A stretch of 63,543 bases of DNA, the filler included, from Olpidium bornovanus S191 (Eukaryota > Fungi > Olpidiomycota), in NCBI GenBank assembly GCA_017911155.1. It is 30 parts of 30 records of this genome, joined end to end, with 100 filler letters (N's around TTAATTAATTAA, not from the genome) between each part and the next. Parts side by side here need not be neighbours in the genome. Positions count along the whole stretch, not along the records: positions 59,586 to 60,900 come from JAEFCI010000674.1; positions 61,001 to 62,281 come from JAEFCI010012348.1; positions 62,382 to 63,543 come from JAEFCI010007822.1; 27 more parts are not named here. One strand, written 5' to 3'. The notes below the pieces were generated by a model. The model searched no databases. It was not told the origin of the DNA and saw only the letters and a program-made list of their open reading frames with translations. How positions within the stretch are numbered: position 1 is the first letter of the stretch; each line of letters opens with the position of its first letter. This document shows positions 59,586 through 63,543 of the stretch, in pieces. Both the position numbers and the translations under genes were made by a program.

Positions 59586-60581
59586 AAGCAGATCCTCTCC
59601 GGCCAGAACATCACTGTCGTGCGCTGCGAAGAGCTCAACATCTCGGGCTCTTTCTTCCGCAACAAACGTGAGTTGTTTTTGCGGCGTCTTGCTTCGAGTA
59701 ATATCCCTTGGGAAAGGGGGGGAAATCATGTTACAAGCGGCGGCAGCGGAGGAGTGCCAAGCATGATGATGCGGCCGGGGAGGATGGTCGGCCATCTTGG
59801 ACCGCCTATCCCGCCTCATTGGAAAGCTGGATTAGCAGAGTGGCTTTAGAGCCAGCACAGGCGAGGAGGAGAAGCCATCGTTTGCCTACACGACCACCCG
59901 GCCCGTGCGTTCCCGTGAGGACTGTCCGCAGATATGCGTTTGGAATTCAACATAGCAACGTCAGCTGACCCGTCGAGCACTGCCACTCGTACCACCCTGT
60001 CGGGAGAGCGGCCACATAGATCTCGTTTTTTCGTTGAACCGGAGGGAAAGGAGGCAGCACTAGTCTTTATTGACACACTATAATTTTTATTTTGTCCGCC
60101 GTTTTTCCTGAACGTGATTTTTATTCTAGTCCGCTACCACGCGTTCCTTCGCAAGCGCTGCGTTGTGAATCCGCGCCGAGGCCCCTTCCATTTCCGCGCG
60201 CCCTCGCGCATCTTCTGGCGCACTGTCCGTGGCATGGTCCCGCACAAGACTGCGCGAGGCGCAGCGGCGCTAGACCGCCTCAAGGTTTTCGAGGGTGTCC
60301 CTCCCCCATACGACAAGATGAAGCGTGTGGTCGTTCCGTCCGCCCTCCGCGTCCTGCGTCTCCAGCCCGGCCGCAAGTACTGCACCGTCAAGCGCCTGGC
60401 TTCGGAGGTCGGCTGGAAGTACGAGGACGTCGTCGCGAAGCTTGAGGAGAAGCGTAAGCTCAAGTCCAAGGCCTTCTACGAGCGCAAGAAGGCCCTGGCG
60501 GTTGTCCGTGCAAAGGCCGCAGAAAACAAGGCGGAAAAACTCCGGCCGGTCCTGGAGAAGCTTTCCCAGTACGGCTACTGA
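59586..60581 (+). CDS. RPL16: 60S ribosomal protein L16 (uL13), 5' truncated
   Basis: [21 protein letters not shown]|[57 protein letters not shown]. Confidence 0.97.
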
Positions 60582-60824
60582 TGTCGCACGCGTCATGTGT
60601 CACCCTTAGCTGTTCAGCACGCCATATAATTTGTTAGACTGAATCTGTACCAGGCTAAACAAAATGCTTGCTGGAAACTGGAGGGTGGAAAGCGGCGGAT
60701 TCCTGTGCCTTCGTCGGTGAAAACGATTTTTTCGCGGCGCTTGTTGCTTCTGTTCCTTTTCTTTTACTGTCCAGCATTTTGTCGGATCCCAGATCGCCCT
60801 GGGCCACAAAGCTCTGGCTCTGGC

Positions 60825-60900
60825 TCTGGGTCATAAAGCAGTTCGACGTTGTCTTCCAGCACATTGCAGGTAAGGAAAATGTCGTTTGCAGACATGCTGA
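60825..60900 (+). mobile_element. Ty3/gypsy RNase H C-terminal scrap
   Basis: WVIKQFDVVFQHIAGKENVV (cf. W..L.QFDF.I.H..GK.NV.AD). Confidence 0.5.
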
Positions 60901-61000
60901 NNNNNNNNNNNNNNNNNNNNNNNNNNNNNNNNNNNNNNNNNNNNTTAATTAATTAANNNNNNNNNNNNNNNNNNNNNNNNNNNNNNNNNNNNNNNNNNNN

Positions 61001-62281
61001 AGTACCTTGAGGAGCGGCACCAGGTTGACACGGCTGCGTTGTTCGAACGGATACACGACGTGATCAGAAAAACCCTCCTCTCGGCATCTCGCGCCATCGC
61101 TGCTACCATTCGCCAGTCATGCCGCGACAAGCGCAGTTGCTTCGAACTGTTTGGGTTTGACATTCTTCTGGACGAGAAGCTGAAGCCTTGGCTGATGGAG
61201 GTAAACATTAGCCCTTCGCTGAACACAAACAGCCAGCTGGACAAGGTGACGAAAGGAGAGCTGGTCCGAGGACTTTTTAACCTGGTGGGAGTACCGGTCC
61301 CAGCGGGCGGCGGCGGGACCGGGCCTGAGCGCGGCCGAAGCCCTTCCAACGCAGAGTTCGCTCTCCTGAAGAGGCAGCAGCGCTTGCTCCTCGCGGCTAC
61401 CGCCTCCGGGCCGTCGCAGGGGAGCTTACTCGACGACCTAAGCGACGACGACGTTCGGGTTATCAGAGAAACGGAAGACGAGTTCGCGCGGCGGGGCCGG
61501 TTTCTTCGCCTTTTCCCTTCGAAGGATCCCCGGCTTTACGATTCGCGGAACGTGTGCTACTACGACTTGCTCCTGTTCGAGTGGACCTACCGCCGGACGA
61601 GCTGGACATCTGAGGAAGTTCACCGAATGCTCCAGTACAAAAGGCCCCCGGCGGGCAAAGCGCGCGACCAAGCGTCAGGAACCAATTTCGCTGATGAGAG
61701 ACAGGCGGCGCAGGCACAATGCCGGAAGGCCGCCCCATTCTCGTGCGGCCCATCGCAAAAGACCAGGACAAATGTCTCCTACGCCGACATCGACTGCGCC
61801 GCGACCACAACGCGCATGGCGGACGTCCGGCCGCCGGCTGGGATCGCCCAAGGCGACGCACCAGGTGTGGCCGTCAAAACGTGGGTGTACGAGGCGAGCG
61901 GTCCGAGAGACGCCTGCGAGGCGCAGGTCCCGCGGCGGCTGGTGGCGTTCGAGGGCGCCGAGGCTCGGTTTGTGGTTAGCGACGGCAGCAAGAGCGGAAA
62001 TCATCGCACGGATGATAAGGCTGCCCAGCACCCCCGGCGTTTCAGCGCCGTCGCCGGGAGCAGGGGGACATCTCGCTGCAGCGACGGTTCCAGCCGGCAA
62101 TCGCCCTCGCGAACGCGGCGGAATGTCGGAGACGACCCCTCGGAAAAACGGAATTTGAAAAATGAGCAGGGAGGTGAAATTGCCGGCGGACGTCCCGAGC
62201 GGTCGCGAATGGCTTCGGAACTGCAGTGCGCAACGGGGATCCACGGTAGGCCGGCCTTTGCAAGGCTCGGTAACAAGCATG
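61001..62281 (+). CDS. TTLL4: Tubulin glutamylase TTLL4-like, C-terminal ATP-grasp region, partial at both ends
   Basis: CFELFGFDILLDEKLKPWLMEVNISPSL..LDKVTKGELVRGLFNLVG; DDVRVIRETEDEFARRGRFLRLFP, a TTLL4/5-specific segment. Confidence 0.85.
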
Positions 62282-62388
62282 NNNNNNNNNNNNNNNNNNN
62301 NNNNNNNNNNNNNNNNNNNNNNNNNTTAATTAATTAANNNNNNNNNNNNNNNNNNNNNNNNNNNNNNNNNNNNNNNNNNNNCTCTCAC

Positions 62389-62999
62389 CTTCACCAAAAG
62401 ACGCAGGTAAACGTCCTGCGACTTGGGAGCCGTTCGGTTCCCCTTCCGAACATGGTGGTGCTTGAGGTCAATACCCTGGATAGGGCAGCAGAATTGATAG
62501 AGGCCTGGTGAGCAAAATGCTTTCACCCGTAATCACACGTGTTCAGAAGTTCTCGTTCGCGGAAGCTCTCCGAGGCACCCAGGAGACAGAGGGCGGTAAC
62601 CGAAGCGCAGGCATGCCGAAGCGCAGGCATGCCGACGCGCCGGCATAACACGCGTCTCGCTTCGACCAGCGCGCTGCCAAACCGCCTTCAGAAGGCTTGG
62701 CGCAAACACGGCGTCGCCGTCAACGGTCGTGCGACGACGTGAAAGAGATGATATGTCATCCGCCTCAGTTTTCTCGGCGCGCAATAGCGGGCCGCCGATG
62801 CTCCTTAGACGCCGACAAGTTTCCGCCCCGCCGCAGTCGGTCCCGGCCGCCTTGCGCGGGCAAGAGACTCCCCGCGCTGCCGTCGACCATCTCCCGGGGG
62901 GGGGCGGCGATGAGATTCGGGATGGGATGGGAGTTCGCGGGGGGGCGCGCGCGGCCCTCGCTCAGGACGGCGGCGGGTGCGATTCGCGCTACTCACCAT
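62389..62999 (-). CDS. RPL18: 60S ribosomal protein L18 (eL18), first two exons, 3' truncated
   Basis: ATG|GTGAGT intron (62996-62476), then [29 protein letters not shown]|GTGAGA. Confidence 0.92.
62601..62646. repeat. 16-bp tandem repeat x about 3 in RPL18 intron 1
   Basis: CGAAGCGCAGGCATGC x2 plus a degenerate third copy. Confidence 0.8.
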
Positions 63000-63543
63000 G
63001 TCGGCTGGTTTGCCACCCAACAAGTAGTTCTGTGTGTGTCGGGGGGGGTGAATGGCGTGGAAGGTTTTTTTTTTTTTTTTTAGGCTGACTGGCGCGGGCG
63101 TACCCACCCCCTTCCCCCCCCGCCGCCCGCCGCTCCCCTCCCCAACACCCCCTCCCCCTGCCCCCCGGCGCTTCTCTGCCGCTTCTCTCCTGTCGGCGGC
63201 CCACTTATTTGCTGGCGCACGCACGCTCACACGCTCACACGCATTGGCAGTCTGCCGCGTGGCACCCGGAAAAGTTGGGCAGAGCGAGCCACGTGAGCTG
63301 GCGAGGGAGAGAGAGATGCTCAACCCGGCGATTTTCGAAGCGAGGACTGCCGCGGCAAAATGTGTGGTGTCAAAGAGACGCCTGCGCCAACGCCCCCATT
63401 AAACGCTGGCCTTATGGTTCGGGGGCGGCATGGGCTGAATGGGCAGTTGTGTTGGCCATATGTTGAGCTACATGAGGCTTCTCGCATTTTTCATGATTTT
63501 GCCTCATTCGAAAACAACAGTCACAGTTTTCGCAATTGTGGGA

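Noticed and set aside
62476-62996. snoRNA in RPL18 intron 1
   Set aside because: No canonical RUGAUGA box C was found, and the apparent rRNA complementarity is only about 8 nt.

Overview
This window is not one locus. It is 30 short eukaryotic contigs (about 1-4 kb) joined by 29 artificial 100-nt spacers (N44-TTAATTAATTAA-N44), so adjacency across spacers has no biological meaning. The DNA is GC-rich and intron-rich with GT-AG introns. It encodes a class IV chitin synthase together with a TTLL4-type tubulin glutamylase and a probable SAS-6-fold protein, which points to a flagellated early-diverging fungus (chytrid- or Olpidium-like; inference). Most genes are truncated housekeeping genes: ANT1, RPS6, TAF6, a WHIM/WSD ISWI partner, a UBE2E-type E2, CMC4, BRD8-like, MRM1, C2CD5-like, two transporters, eIF2B-gamma, an inositol 5-phosphatase, NSA2, CHS3, TAF5, RPL16 and RPL18. 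Decayed Ty1/copia and Ty3/gypsy fragments and LTR-like relics lie between them. The standout is on the minus strand of contig 1 (1-2429) and is mostly missed by the ORF track. It is a three-exon gene for a secreted protein of at least 699 aa: signal peptide, jacalin-like lectin, aerolysin/ETX-MTX2-type module (natterin-like/Dln1 architecture), two knottin-pattern Cys modules, and about six His/Cys/Asp-rich 28-aa repeats. Other notable items are a protein with features of both p22phox and NoxD, an orphan intronless 7TM protein, a duplicated 3' splice site in NSA2 that creates an AG|GT ratchet, an MRM1 with eroded SpoU motifs, and 17 of 59 contig ends falling exactly at CATG. All homology calls come from motif recognition and remembered sequences; no database search was run.
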